Below, piece after piece: positions 26,001 through 38,000 of a stretch of DNA of 64,000 bases. This stretch comes from Yuukianura sp. NJ FZ-2021 (taxonomy: Eukaryota), in assembly GCA_046563655.1 (NCBI GenBank), contig CM102286.1:13640001-13704000 (forward strand), read 5' to 3'. Numbering within the stretch: the first letter of the stretch is position 1; each line of letters starts with the position of its first letter. A program made the position numbers and the translations under genes. The notes under the pieces are model-generated. The model saw only the letters and a program-made list of their open reading frames with translations, was not told where the DNA came from and searched no databases.

Positions 26001-29000
26001 TGTAACCTCCATGATACTATAAATATTTCATGCCTTTACTGTACGATGAAATTCAATTTTGCCAAAAACACGTTGCAAAATTTCCAATTTGGCATAAAGT
26101 TGCGAAATCCCGAAAACGTGAATGCCAACATTCACTGAAATCAGATTTCGCAATAAGTTTTGCAAAATATCCAAATTGAGTTTGCGTGTTTTTTTAGCAC
26201 AAAAATGTGGCGTTTTGCAACTTTCGCTAGTCAGTGTTGCTCACCTCCAAAATTTGAAATTTTTCAAAAAAAAAATCTAAAAAAAAAGACAAAAAGAAAT
26301 TTTTGAAAAAAAAAGATGTGAGTGGATTCCATGTAAAAGCTTAAGTCTCGCCGGTGTTCAAGGTTAACTGTTATTTGTCTGGTTCTGGTTCAAAATTTGT
26401 CCTAATTGTAACAAGTTTTGGACAAAAAAAACGCAGAAAAGAACAATTTTGAAAGAAAACGAAGAGAAAAGTAGAAGTGGTTGAAATTGGTTTTAGAAGG
26501 AGAAAGTGAGAAAATGGACACGACCAATAATCACCGTTGTCACCATTCCTTTTCATTGTCCACTCAATGGACAAAACCTTTCTCCGTTATTAGACTCCTT
26601 CCAAAGGTTAGGTTAGCCTAACACAACCTCCACCCTAGCATACGTTTTGGTCAAAGGAGGCTTAAGAAGACTTTCTTCCGGACTTTGTCCAAGTTCAAAA
26701 GAACCCGGGAAAAGCTCTTACCCGATTGCATAGCCGGGTAGTGCAGGGCTATTCCGTCCATTATCGTTGGGCTGCTTCGTCCCTTTCGATTGACAGCATA
26801 AATTCGAAAATGAAATACTCCATCAGGATCCAGTCCGGACAGACTGAAGGCGGGAGAGGTCGAGGAAATGTTGGAGTGAAGGCCACGTCTCTCTGATGGA
26901 GCAGATTGAAATGCCTCCAAAATAAATACTTGTGGAAGACCTCCATCAAAACCACCTTCACAGATAATTTCAACGGAGGTGGAAGTTCGGTTGCTGATGC
27001 TGCAGTTTTCAACTGACTGTGGAACGTCTAAAAAAACAAAAAAAAAGTTAGGTTTTGTTCAAGATTTTAATAAAGTTTAAAAAAAAGTTTTTAATTTGAT
27101 ATAAAGTTTTTTAGACAAAAACTTTAGTAGAAAGTCCGGGAAAGCTGAAAGTAAGTTCCGACTCTTCACTAGAGTTTTATTTTTTAAACTTTCACTTGAC
27201 CTTGACGAGGTCATTTGCTAATTTTAAGTTTTGGAGCGTGATTTTTTAACAACGTGAATCCTCTTTTGAAACAATCAAGTTCATTAACTTTCAATTTGTG
27301 CCCAGAATGTAACTTTAGACACTTTGATAAAGAGAGTTTCTTAAATTAGTCCAAAGTTTGTCCGAATTTTGTAAAATTTTGAAAGTTTTCGAAAATCTTC
27401 AAAATTCGGACATTCCTTTAAAAACTTACTCCGAACTTTGGATTATTAAGACAAACATACACCAAGAGCGTGCGATGCGAGGGGGCCCTTGAAGTACTTC
27501 ACTTTGTCCAAACTTTCTTTTGTCCAGAAAACTTTTTAAAAGTGTTCAAGTGCTACTTTAAAAAAAAGTTGGGTTTTAAGGGTACTCATCCCGCACTTTA
27601 TTTCGTCCTGTAACAAGTGCTTGGAGTCGAACACTATAAACTTTTTGTGCACTTGAGCAGAACTACATAGTAGGAACATAAAGTTTGTATTTTTTAGAAA
27701 AATGTCTTTGTATTCTTCAAAAAATATTTCAAAAAACCATATTTTTCAAAAACTTCCGTGAAGATAAGGTGGTCTAGAAAGCATAACGACAGTGAAAAAA
27801 TACAAAGCGAGTGTAAAAGATATGTTCTTTAATTGAAATATTAAATTTGGTTGAGCGAACATGATTTCGCGGGAGAAAGAAATAAAAACGGAAAGAGGAA
27901 GCGGGTGATTTCTCGGCGCTTTCTCGTCCTTATCCTTCCTAATAAAAGGAATAAAAGATTGCTAGAAGGTGTATGGCTGGAATTTACTGGAGTGTCATGG
28001 ACGGAAACTTGTGGACGGCATGGACGACACAGACGGATTCATGGACGGCACTTTTTCTCGATTCGACAAACCAGCCCAAACCGTCCATGAGGATCAGGGT
28101 TGCCAAAAATATTTTAATTAAATCCCCGAAATATGGACAAACAAATATGTTTGTTAAAAAATTACCTGAATATATTTATTTATTTAAGATTAAGAGCATG
28201 AGCAAATAAGTGTATATTTAGTTTAAAAAAACCGTAAATATTTTTTTATTAAAATAAATATGTTTGACATCCCTGATGATGATCTGTGACAGTAGACGTT
28301 GGAACCCCCAGTTTAAAACAGAGTACAGCAGTAAATGTATAATCATGTTACTCGTCCGTAAGTTTCCGTCCATGAGCGTTGTGTTTTGGTGTAAGTTGTA
28401 CAGGAGAAAAGCGGATCTTGGCTGAAATACGGCCATCCGCTGCCTGTCTTTTGTGGGAAAACGTTGTTAGGGGGATCCTGGCAGTTTCGAGATAGATGTG
28501 CTCTTTATCTGAAGTGATTAAGGGCTGCTTCAGAGGCTTCTCAGTTGACAATTGTCGTGCAGAAAGTGCGTGTGAGAGGCTGGGAGGGAAGCTGCGGAGA
28601 AAGTGCGGGAAAAGTCGTAAAAAACGTGTAAAAGGGAATAGACGACAGAATATGTTCACTTTACGAACAAATGAAACTTGACAAAGAGAAAGGAGAGGAG
28701 CGAGAAAATTCGAAATGGCAGCAGAACAATTTTCTGCAAGTCGTTTCAAAATTTCCCACGAAAAATCACCCAGCTCGTACCAAAGATTACGATCCTTCAA
28801 TACCAAAAAAAAGAACTATAAAGCCTTGCATCTCCGTTGCATCATTCACTTTTTATGTGATTTTGCGCTAAAGCTAGAACTAATCAAGGTTGCTAAGCGT
28901 CCGTGCAGAGCGATTTCATAAAAACAGAAAACCAATTTTTTTTTCAAAATTTTAATTTTTGGAAACTCAGGTGGAAAGTGAAAGTAAATAAGTGAAAGTG

Positions 29001-32000
29001 GGGCTCCTCGGCATCACTGGCATCTTGGAGTATGAAATGACGCTAATTTTAGATTTGGCTCTCAGAAGTTGTTTGTTTTGTTTGTGTTTTCAAGTTAAAC
29101 TCGAAAGGAAAGTTAAATTTTGAAAGTTTATGAAAATCCGTGAAATGTTTACCTGCTGGTACCAATTGGTATACACAAGGCCTGACAGACGTTCCGATGG
29201 AGTTGGATGCCCAGCACAGAAGATGTCCAAAGTCTTCTTCTGATCTTACGGAATACTTGAGTAGACTTCTAGAACCCAAGGTTGTGCTAACTTCTGGCGG
29301 GAGTTCACTGCTTTCTCCGACGTTGTTGGTATGGGACCAATGGAACTTGAGACTCGTCGGAAGTCCATCCATCTCACAACTGATATTCACCATTTCCGTT
29401 CTGGAGGCAGCAATAATTACTGGAACTCCCAGGGAAGATTCATCTGCACTTGACAACCCGCTCTGACAAGTCGGAGAATCTGTCAAACAAAACCAAAAAC
29501 AATAGACAACTTTCTCCTCCTCCTCCTCCTCCTCCCTCCTCCTTAAGACGATAATATAAAAAATACGTTCTTGGTTTGATTGCGATTGTACAGCAAATGT
29601 TCCTTGACAAGTAAAATTAATTTTCTTTAACAGGCTGGGTACTATATCGCTTTTTGACAAAAAAAAAAACAATAAATTTTGGTTCCAATCCAAAAAAAAT
29701 TGGTACCAATTCGTATGCAAAATTTAAAAGATTTGGCCGTATTGTTATCACGTCGATGCCCTGAAATGAAAAGAGATTTTTTTACAATTTTTTTGCAGAA
29801 TCAAAAAAAAACATGATCGAGGTATTACCCTACCTGCTAAAGAAAATCAAAGCCAACAAACCATGGACGTACAGAGTGTTCCAAATGACTTTTCTGTTTC
29901 CTTTTTTGAATTTTTTGACTCCAGTTTTAGTTTGAATCTTGGCGCTTTTTTGAAAGTTAAACTTACACATGATTTCGAGTAAAACTTGATTGCTAACGCC
30001 AATTCCTTGTTGATTTGCAGATTTGCAAGTGTAGTTGCCTCCTGAAGGTCGAGTGACCTTCTGCAGAACAAGGCTTTGATTACTCAGGATCACTCCGCCA
30101 GTACGGTTGTGGTATAGCAGTTCGCCCTGAAATCATCAATGATCATCACTGATCATCACAATCATCACTCATCATCACAACAAATCATCAAAACAGTCAT
30201 CAAAGCCCCACAACACCAGATGCCACCGCTTTTTTAATCTAGCTGTTGTTACACTCGGGAGAGATATTAAAAAGTAGAATTTGGTGGGGGCAGCCTTTTC
30301 ACCAGAATCGCGGAAATTTTTGAGCAGACTTTAAACATAACTTTTGATGAAAACTTACGTTATGGAACCACGAGAGCTTGTGAACGGGTGGATTTGCTTT
30401 GATGAGGCATTCAAAGTAGACGTCGTCTCCTTCCTTGATGTCGTTTGGATTGAGAGAGGACCCCATTCTGAGAGAAAGCACTGGAGCATCTACAGTAAGA
30501 AAAACAAGCAACAAAGTCACCGTTTCAATTCCCTTTTACTTTTGCTTTGATGAAAACGAAAAGCAAATAAGGCATTGTTTTTAGATCCATTCCGTTTTAA
30601 ATTAAAATCAAAATAAAAAACAAGGCAGAGAGAAAAGTAAACAAAGTGGAAAACGACGTTCCCGGTTTCCTTTTCCAGAATTGATTTCTTGGTTTTCCAA
30701 CTCTACAAAACGAATGAAATGTTTTTGAGGAATGTAGAAGCGTTTGGCAACGTCACGTCAATACAAACATTTCATTTCAACAAATCTCACAACTTCAGTT
30801 CTCTTCAACAAATTTCAGCCTTCCACAAAAAAAGCAAGTTTTTCAGAAAAAAAAAGTTTTGTTTTCAGAATCGCTCTGTATTTACAAAATGTCAGATTAT
30901 GAAAAACCAAACCCTGAGTGTCAAAACTTTCACTTGATTGTTCAAATATTTGACTAAACCTGCGTATTAGTAAATAACGGGACACAACGTATTCAAATTG
31001 TTCCGTACATGTTGTTTACTTAACATTTTCAAAATTTATCAAAACTGCCACGATTGCGTGTATGTTTTTGGACATGTATGCAAACGCCGATATTTTCTGT
31101 TTGCTAAGTGTTGTTAATCCATAAATTTAAAATTGAATAAAAAAAAGGATGTACTTTTGTGTGTAAACTTGAATTGAATTTAAAAAAAACAATTACAGGC
31201 AAACAAAGTTGAAAAAAGATTGTGGAAGAAAATAAAAAGAAAAAAGTACAATTTCTTTTCCAGTTTTCAGTTAACATGATAGATAAAAGACAGGATAAAT
31301 CCTTAGAAAAGTATTTAATCAAGGACATGTTCTGTCTAACAAAGCCTTTTCCTGTTACATCCAAATCAATTTCAACGCGGAGAGACTAAAGAGACTACAA
31401 ATTCAGCCAAAAGGACTAAAGAAAGACTAAAACCACGAAACTGAAGATGAGCATTAGACGTCTTAAGCCAAAGGAAAAAATAATTACAGAGTCTCTCCAC
31501 TAATTATTTTCTTTACTCCTCAACCAGATGCTACACTCGCTTACATTTCCATTGTGTAACGCTTTCACTTTTTTACAAAGCAAATAGCAGACAAAAAAAA
31601 CACAAATTTTTTTTAAAAAAAAAACCCTCCGTTTCTTGTTTTTTTGTTACAAATTCAATTTAACTTTCTTTGTATCAAGAATGTTTGCCAATTTCTAAAT
31701 TATGAATTAAATTCAAATCGCGAAATCAAACTTTCCTTCTCAAATTTTTTTCAGGTCATCTCTTTTTTCGCTTCGTTGACTTTCACCATGCAAAGGTCAA
31801 CTCAAGGTCAATGTGTTATTCACTTATCACTCCACTTGTGTGTCAAGTGCATGTGCTTATCTTACCCAATCGTAAACACTATTAGCCCATTTTTCGAAAA
31901 AAAAAAATTGGAAATGACATCTCCGAAAATTTTGGCCCAACTTAAACGAGCTAACGTGTTCATTATTTTATTTCGTTTTGACTGCTTTCACTTCTGAAAA

Positions 32001-35000
32001 TTTGACAAAAACACATGAATTTTAAATAACTGAATGAGTTTTTTGAGACACTTTTATTTCGAAAAGATTTTTTTTTGTACCACGTTATGTTTATGTCGAA
32101 AAACACACGTTATGGTTTTACTGGAAAACAATATTATTTTGTGCAAATTTTATAAAAGGTGAGCTGGAAATGTATCAAAAGGCGCAATTACCTCGGCAAA
32201 AAAAGTTATTTTTACAGTAAAATCGATTTACGAAATCATAAAATCCATTTCAAACTAGGAAAAATACAAAGTGCTCCACAGAGCACACACGAGTCGTAAG
32301 CGGTGTGTAGGAACTCTAAAGTGGTTTAGCACTGCGAGTCCCATGCTCAGAGAGTCGTAAAATACTTCCACCTTCTTGTGTTAAACCACACTTGTAATAA
32401 GAGTCATGAATCATGAATGAATCATGAATCATGATTCAGGAGTCAAGACTCCCTTTTACTCTTGATCTCAGCAAAACTTTTAGTTCCTCTGGATTCTGCA
32501 TTTTCGATTCGCTTCAGGAACTATGCATAGGAGTATAACACGGAAAATTACAAATTTAGTTCTAGCTAGACATTTTCTCTATGCTAGTCAAAACTTAAAT
32601 CGGTAAATTTTGAAACTTCAAATTTCGAATTTTCAATTTTCTGGAATTTCACCTAAAAACTTCATGTTTTTCGTATTTGCACAAACTTTCATAGCTAATC
32701 GATACCAAAATGGTCCAAGTGTTTCCAAACATGCGAAATCAGCATACGCATAAAACAATAATTTTGTTTGTTTAGTTTTTTGAAAAATCTAAAATAGTTT
32801 CATAAAAAGCAGACCCCACACTGATGTTATAAAAAAATGTTGTTTTTATTACATTTTTTTTTCAAATTGGGCTTTCTGTTGACCGGTTTGAAAAAATTTT
32901 TTAGAAACGTATTGGAACATTGCGTGTTTGCGTTACCGTTTTTCATATTTCAGTTCGGACTGTAAGTTTTTTTTATCCGCAAAGAAGTATTTCATAACAG
33001 TTTTTTGATTGACACTTTTAGAACTTCAAGGAGGTCAAATGTCACCCTTGTTACCCTTGAGATGACTACCAACTTTGAGTAATAGTTACATGAAAAAAAA
33101 AAGTAACTTTGTGGACCAAATCCATCATATTTTTTTTCAAAAAGTAGAAAAAAAACTTTTCAAAGTCGAAACTAGAAAAACAGAAAATGGGGGTCCTTTG
33201 ACTTTCTACAAAAAGAGAAAGTCAAAGTACGGGAGACCACGCGCCGAAATTTTCATGGGCAGATGCCATCGGAATACAAAGTAGAATGTACAGGGTGGTT
33301 CAAAATAGTTGAGCGGCTCAAAATGACTTCCAAAAACGAAAATGTACAGAGCGGTAGAGTATGAACGTAGAAAACTTACAGACAACTTTGAGTAGCCACG
33401 AGTCTTCAATGGCACTTCCAGGAAGAAGTGTATTTTCTGAGCGACAAGTGAGCACTTGTCCATCGATGGAAGCGTTTGGAACCAACATCAATCTTGACAC
33501 TGACATGTTGCTGGCTCTCGAATCCTTCAAATAAGATTAACGCAGAAGTGATATAATTAAGAAGACTCAGAACAGCGCATGTGCTGACAAGATTTTGAGC
33601 GATTAACGTCTTCTGGTCAATTCTTAACCAATTATTTACGCCCCACGCAATCAATCGCTGTCATTCTTCCAATCAGCGCATCAAAGCAGCTCAATCGCTC
33701 ACTCAATCCAATTCTTTCCCCCAAAAAAAAACGATTTTTTTTTGTTTTTGTGAATTTTTTTTTCAAGAATAAGCCCAGGGATTCAAATTTTGAACGGGAG
33801 AAGTTGCAAAGTAGCGAACTTAAAAAAATATTTTTTAGTTTTGCTAAAACTTATAAAATGCACACAAGTGTCGCACTGACGTGATTTCTGGTTTTGTGCG
33901 ATTTGAAAAGATTTCTGATTGGCTCATTCTGAAACAATTTCTGGTTGGTTCATTTTTGCACAACTTCTGATTGGTTAGTTTTAGAAACAGTGTGTTATTT
34001 TGTTTGCTAATGCTGTGGTTAGGCTATTCTTGGTGTTTGAGGTGACACGGGATTTTGTGGAGGTCATGACCTCTGTGCCACGGTTGAATGAAGTCGGTTG
34101 TTGGACAATGTCATCAATCTTGTCTCTAATCAGTGCGTTACAGTGACAGGGAAGTGAAGTTATTACAGAGCCCTTGTCACTCATCAATGTCAAAGGGATC
34201 CCCTCCAAACTTTAGGTCCTTGGAGACCCCAAAGACTTTAAAGCCAAAATGAAACTTTGAACTTGTCCCGGAGAAAGTTCAACTTTTTATTCTTTTTTCG
34301 TAGAGGTCAAGCAGAGGTCAACTTACCTCGGTGTAGCCTCCTGTTAGTTCTTTGTTGTCCAGCCACCATGTGATGATTGGTTGTGGATGTGACCCCCACG
34401 TTTCACAAGTCACTTCGTACTGAGTGTCTGTTGAGAGCTGAGTATGGCGATGGAGAATGGACACCGCCAGAGGACGTACTAGAAGTTACACAACACTTTG
34501 ATTTAGCACGGAAACCAGAATTTTGCAAGGTCATTGACCTCGAGTAGGTTAGGTTAACGTAACTTTTTGTGTCCTCTGAGTGCCACTTTTCAATGTCTTA
34601 ATTATACAAGAGGTGGGTCTTTTGTGTAGCTCTCTGGAACTGAATTTGCTTTCACTTTCTCCAGTTTTGTCCAAATGTACAGCAACACGGATTACCACTT
34701 TCTCTGTCTGTCACTTTGTCTCGCCCACGCACAATGGTAACAGTTTTACGACATTCACTGACGCATGGTGTCTACGCAACTAATTTGTCGCTTTATCAGT
34801 AATCTATTGTTTAAAACGACTTTTAGTAAAAAAAAATGAAAGCATAAGAACCAGGAGTTTTAAAAGAGCGTGGAAATCAGGAATAGGCGTATGTTAACTA
34901 AAAATGTTACAAATGGGTTTGTAAAAAATATATTTCGAAATATTTTGGAAAAAACAAGGTGGACTGTAATTAAGCAGTGCAATATGTTTTTGCCGTTGCG

Positions 35001-38000
35001 AGAAGTCAACTTGTAACTTTTTATGAACTTGACAGACTTTTAGACTAATTCCTGCGACTTTTTTTGCATGACTGTTTTGAACTAGAAAAAAATGAAATTT
35101 GTCTGACAAAAGTCAAACACACTTTCTACACTTGCTTTGAATGTGGACATGTAGGATCCATTACTGTTGCCAATAATTTAGAACTCTAGACGTGTGTTTG
35201 TCCTCATTTCTGGAAGTCGGATGTCCATGTGTAGGTGGACAGGTAGAATTCGACGGTGAAAGTTACATTTTTTTGGCAGTTTTATAACTTAATAATGATA
35301 CCTTTCTCTTTTGGGGTTAATAACCTCTATAACCAAAAACAGTTACCGTAAAACCCCAAGAAATATCGGGTGATTTTAGCGTTATTCGACTCGTGAGTAC
35401 AAGGTTCCTTGACAACGTAAAGTTAATCTTCTTTAACAGGTAGTGTACTACCTCGCTTGTTGACAGAAAAAACGAAAAAAAAAAACAAAAATTGGTAGGT
35501 ACCAATTTTAGTGATAATCTGAAAAGTTAATACCAATTTGCATGCAAAATTTAAAAAATTCGGTTGTATTGTTATGGCTACTACCCTGAAATTAAAAGAC
35601 ACAGACACTTTTTTTGAAAAATAAAAAAAAAGAAGAGGTATTACCCAACCTGTTAAAGAAAATCAAAGTCAGCAAACCTTACGATAGTCTCTAAAGCTTG
35701 TAGGATTCTTTTATAATTGATTCCAAAATTGTTTAACAAAAGGTTCTCTACGTTGCCCAGCATTTTTTAGAAGTTTTACGGTATTTAGAATACAATGTGA
35801 AAGTGGAGGCTTACAGTTGAGTTCAATGATGACAGTCTTGGAGACAGGAGGAATGAGAAGAGTGTTGGAAGCACGACAGACTAAGTGGGCCAAGTGAAGG
35901 TTTCGCTGAATATTTGGCACTGAAATATGATTTATCACTTCGCGCTCTGACTCCACTTGGAAGGAAGAGTCATACAACTCTTCATTCAGGTACCAGTGCA
36001 CCATTGGACTCGGAGAGCCTGGAATCAGACCAAAAGGCAGATCAAATAACACTATTTACTCTTTCCACACATCCATCTTCCCCGAGCTAAAATTAATGAC
36101 TTGGTTCCAACTTTAATTTATTTGTTTCACTCCAATTGAATTCACAGTCTAACTAACTTAACAGTTAGAAATCTAATGCTTAGGTTAGGCGAGAATGCTC
36201 CATCGCCTTTCGATCTCTCCAATTTAAATTAACGTTTCCCCCCACTTGTCAACCACATCATCTCTCTTTTCTCTTACTTTCACTTTCACTTCAAGAGCAA
36301 ACCAAACGGAATCAAAATTCTTGAGTGTAAATCCCCGTACATCTAACCGTTGATAAAAAATTGGACTCAAAATCCTAGTTTTACGTTGGTTATGCTTGGA
36401 TTAAGTTGAACAAGCTAAAAACTAACCTAAACAAGAGTAAGAGCCCTTAATCTAGCCTTAATTTATTATAGTGCAACTCAATGCGACTACTTCATTTTCA
36501 ACCTTGAGTGGAGAAAGTAAATTTTTGCTAAAACAGTTACAGTTTTGCGTCTTTATAAAATCCCGAACATTTTGTTAAGAGCAAACATACCTATGTACTA
36601 AACTTTTTGAAAAAATTAAAACGAAACTTTGTCGTTGAATTCTGAAATGTCGAAAAAGGTTTACTTCAAAATTAACTTTTTCTAAAATCTAGGTTAGGTT
36701 GTTGTTTTTTTAAATCGTCTTATAGTGAGATGGTCTTTTGAATGTTTTTTTTAGCTTTTTAGTTTTTGTTTTAAAATATTTTTGTATGTCGTAGCCTTTT
36801 TTGTTTAGTTTGGCTATTTGCATACGTTTTGTGTTTGAGTTGCGAAGTTACTTTTTTGCTTTTTGTGAATGATTTAATGTTCTAAATTGGTAAGTAAATG
36901 TTGAAATATTAGCCTATTACTGCCAGGTAGAAGCATAAAAAACTTTCCCCTGTGAATTAAAACGTATAGTGCAAAATACGATTTATAAAGTAGAGTTTTG
37001 GCGTATCATCTTAGTAGCACTAAAGGTATTTGCCTTTCAGTGGAAACTGGAACAATGAACTCGAACTTATGAGTTACAGAAGGCGCGAGAATAAGTTTGG
37101 AGAGTGTTATTTTGAGATTCCCATCTTCTGGAAGTCTCTCTGTCCATGATTTATACGCCAGTGCCCCCCTTTCGCCCCGAAATTCGGTGGAAGATAATAA
37201 GAGAAAGTGTTGTAAATCAAGACTCCGGAGGGAAAGGTACTCGTGCCGTATTTAACCATTTAGTTGCCTAATGTCTTCCACTTTATCACTTTCCCCGATA
37301 CACCTTTCTCTCCTACGCAGTCCTATTGATCTGCCTAACACGCATGCGCAACTCACTTTTGCCTAAAAACTTGTTCCGCCAACACCCATCCCACAATTGG
37401 TCACGGTTTCACGCTTTTCGGCTTCGATTAAGGTTTACCGAAAACTCAAAATATTTTTTAGGTTTAAGTTTGGCTAAACTCATTTCATGTTTAGTTATTT
37501 TTGGTTATACTATGCTCATATATTTTTTTATGTTATGTTAACTTATGTTTGTTAATGTTATGTAAGATTATGTTAGGTTTTATGTAAGCTAAAAGTTATG
37601 TTTACCTCCTCGAACAATACAAGTGAGTTCGAGCGTAGAGCCTTCACGGTAGGGCCCGATTTCTCCGCGGAGGCTGAGTCCCGTGCGTTCAAAAATCACT
37701 GGTTCTCCTGGAGGCACTGAAATTGTTTTTCAAAAAAGTAAGATTTTTTGTTTTTTGAAAAGCTAAGCAAAAAATTTTGCATGTGTTTGATCTACTTTTC
37801 AGAAAACATTAAACTCCTTTCCAGGGAGTCCATCGAGTCAGAAGAAGTTCAAATCTGAATTACTTTTGAGCACGCCACTTTCTATTGATTTAGTTTTTCG
37901 TGCGAAGGAAATTTTAGGCTAATGGGTATTAACACAAACATTATCCATTTGGTATCAAATAAACTCCATTTTTTAAAAACAGAGTGTAACAAGTGTAAAA

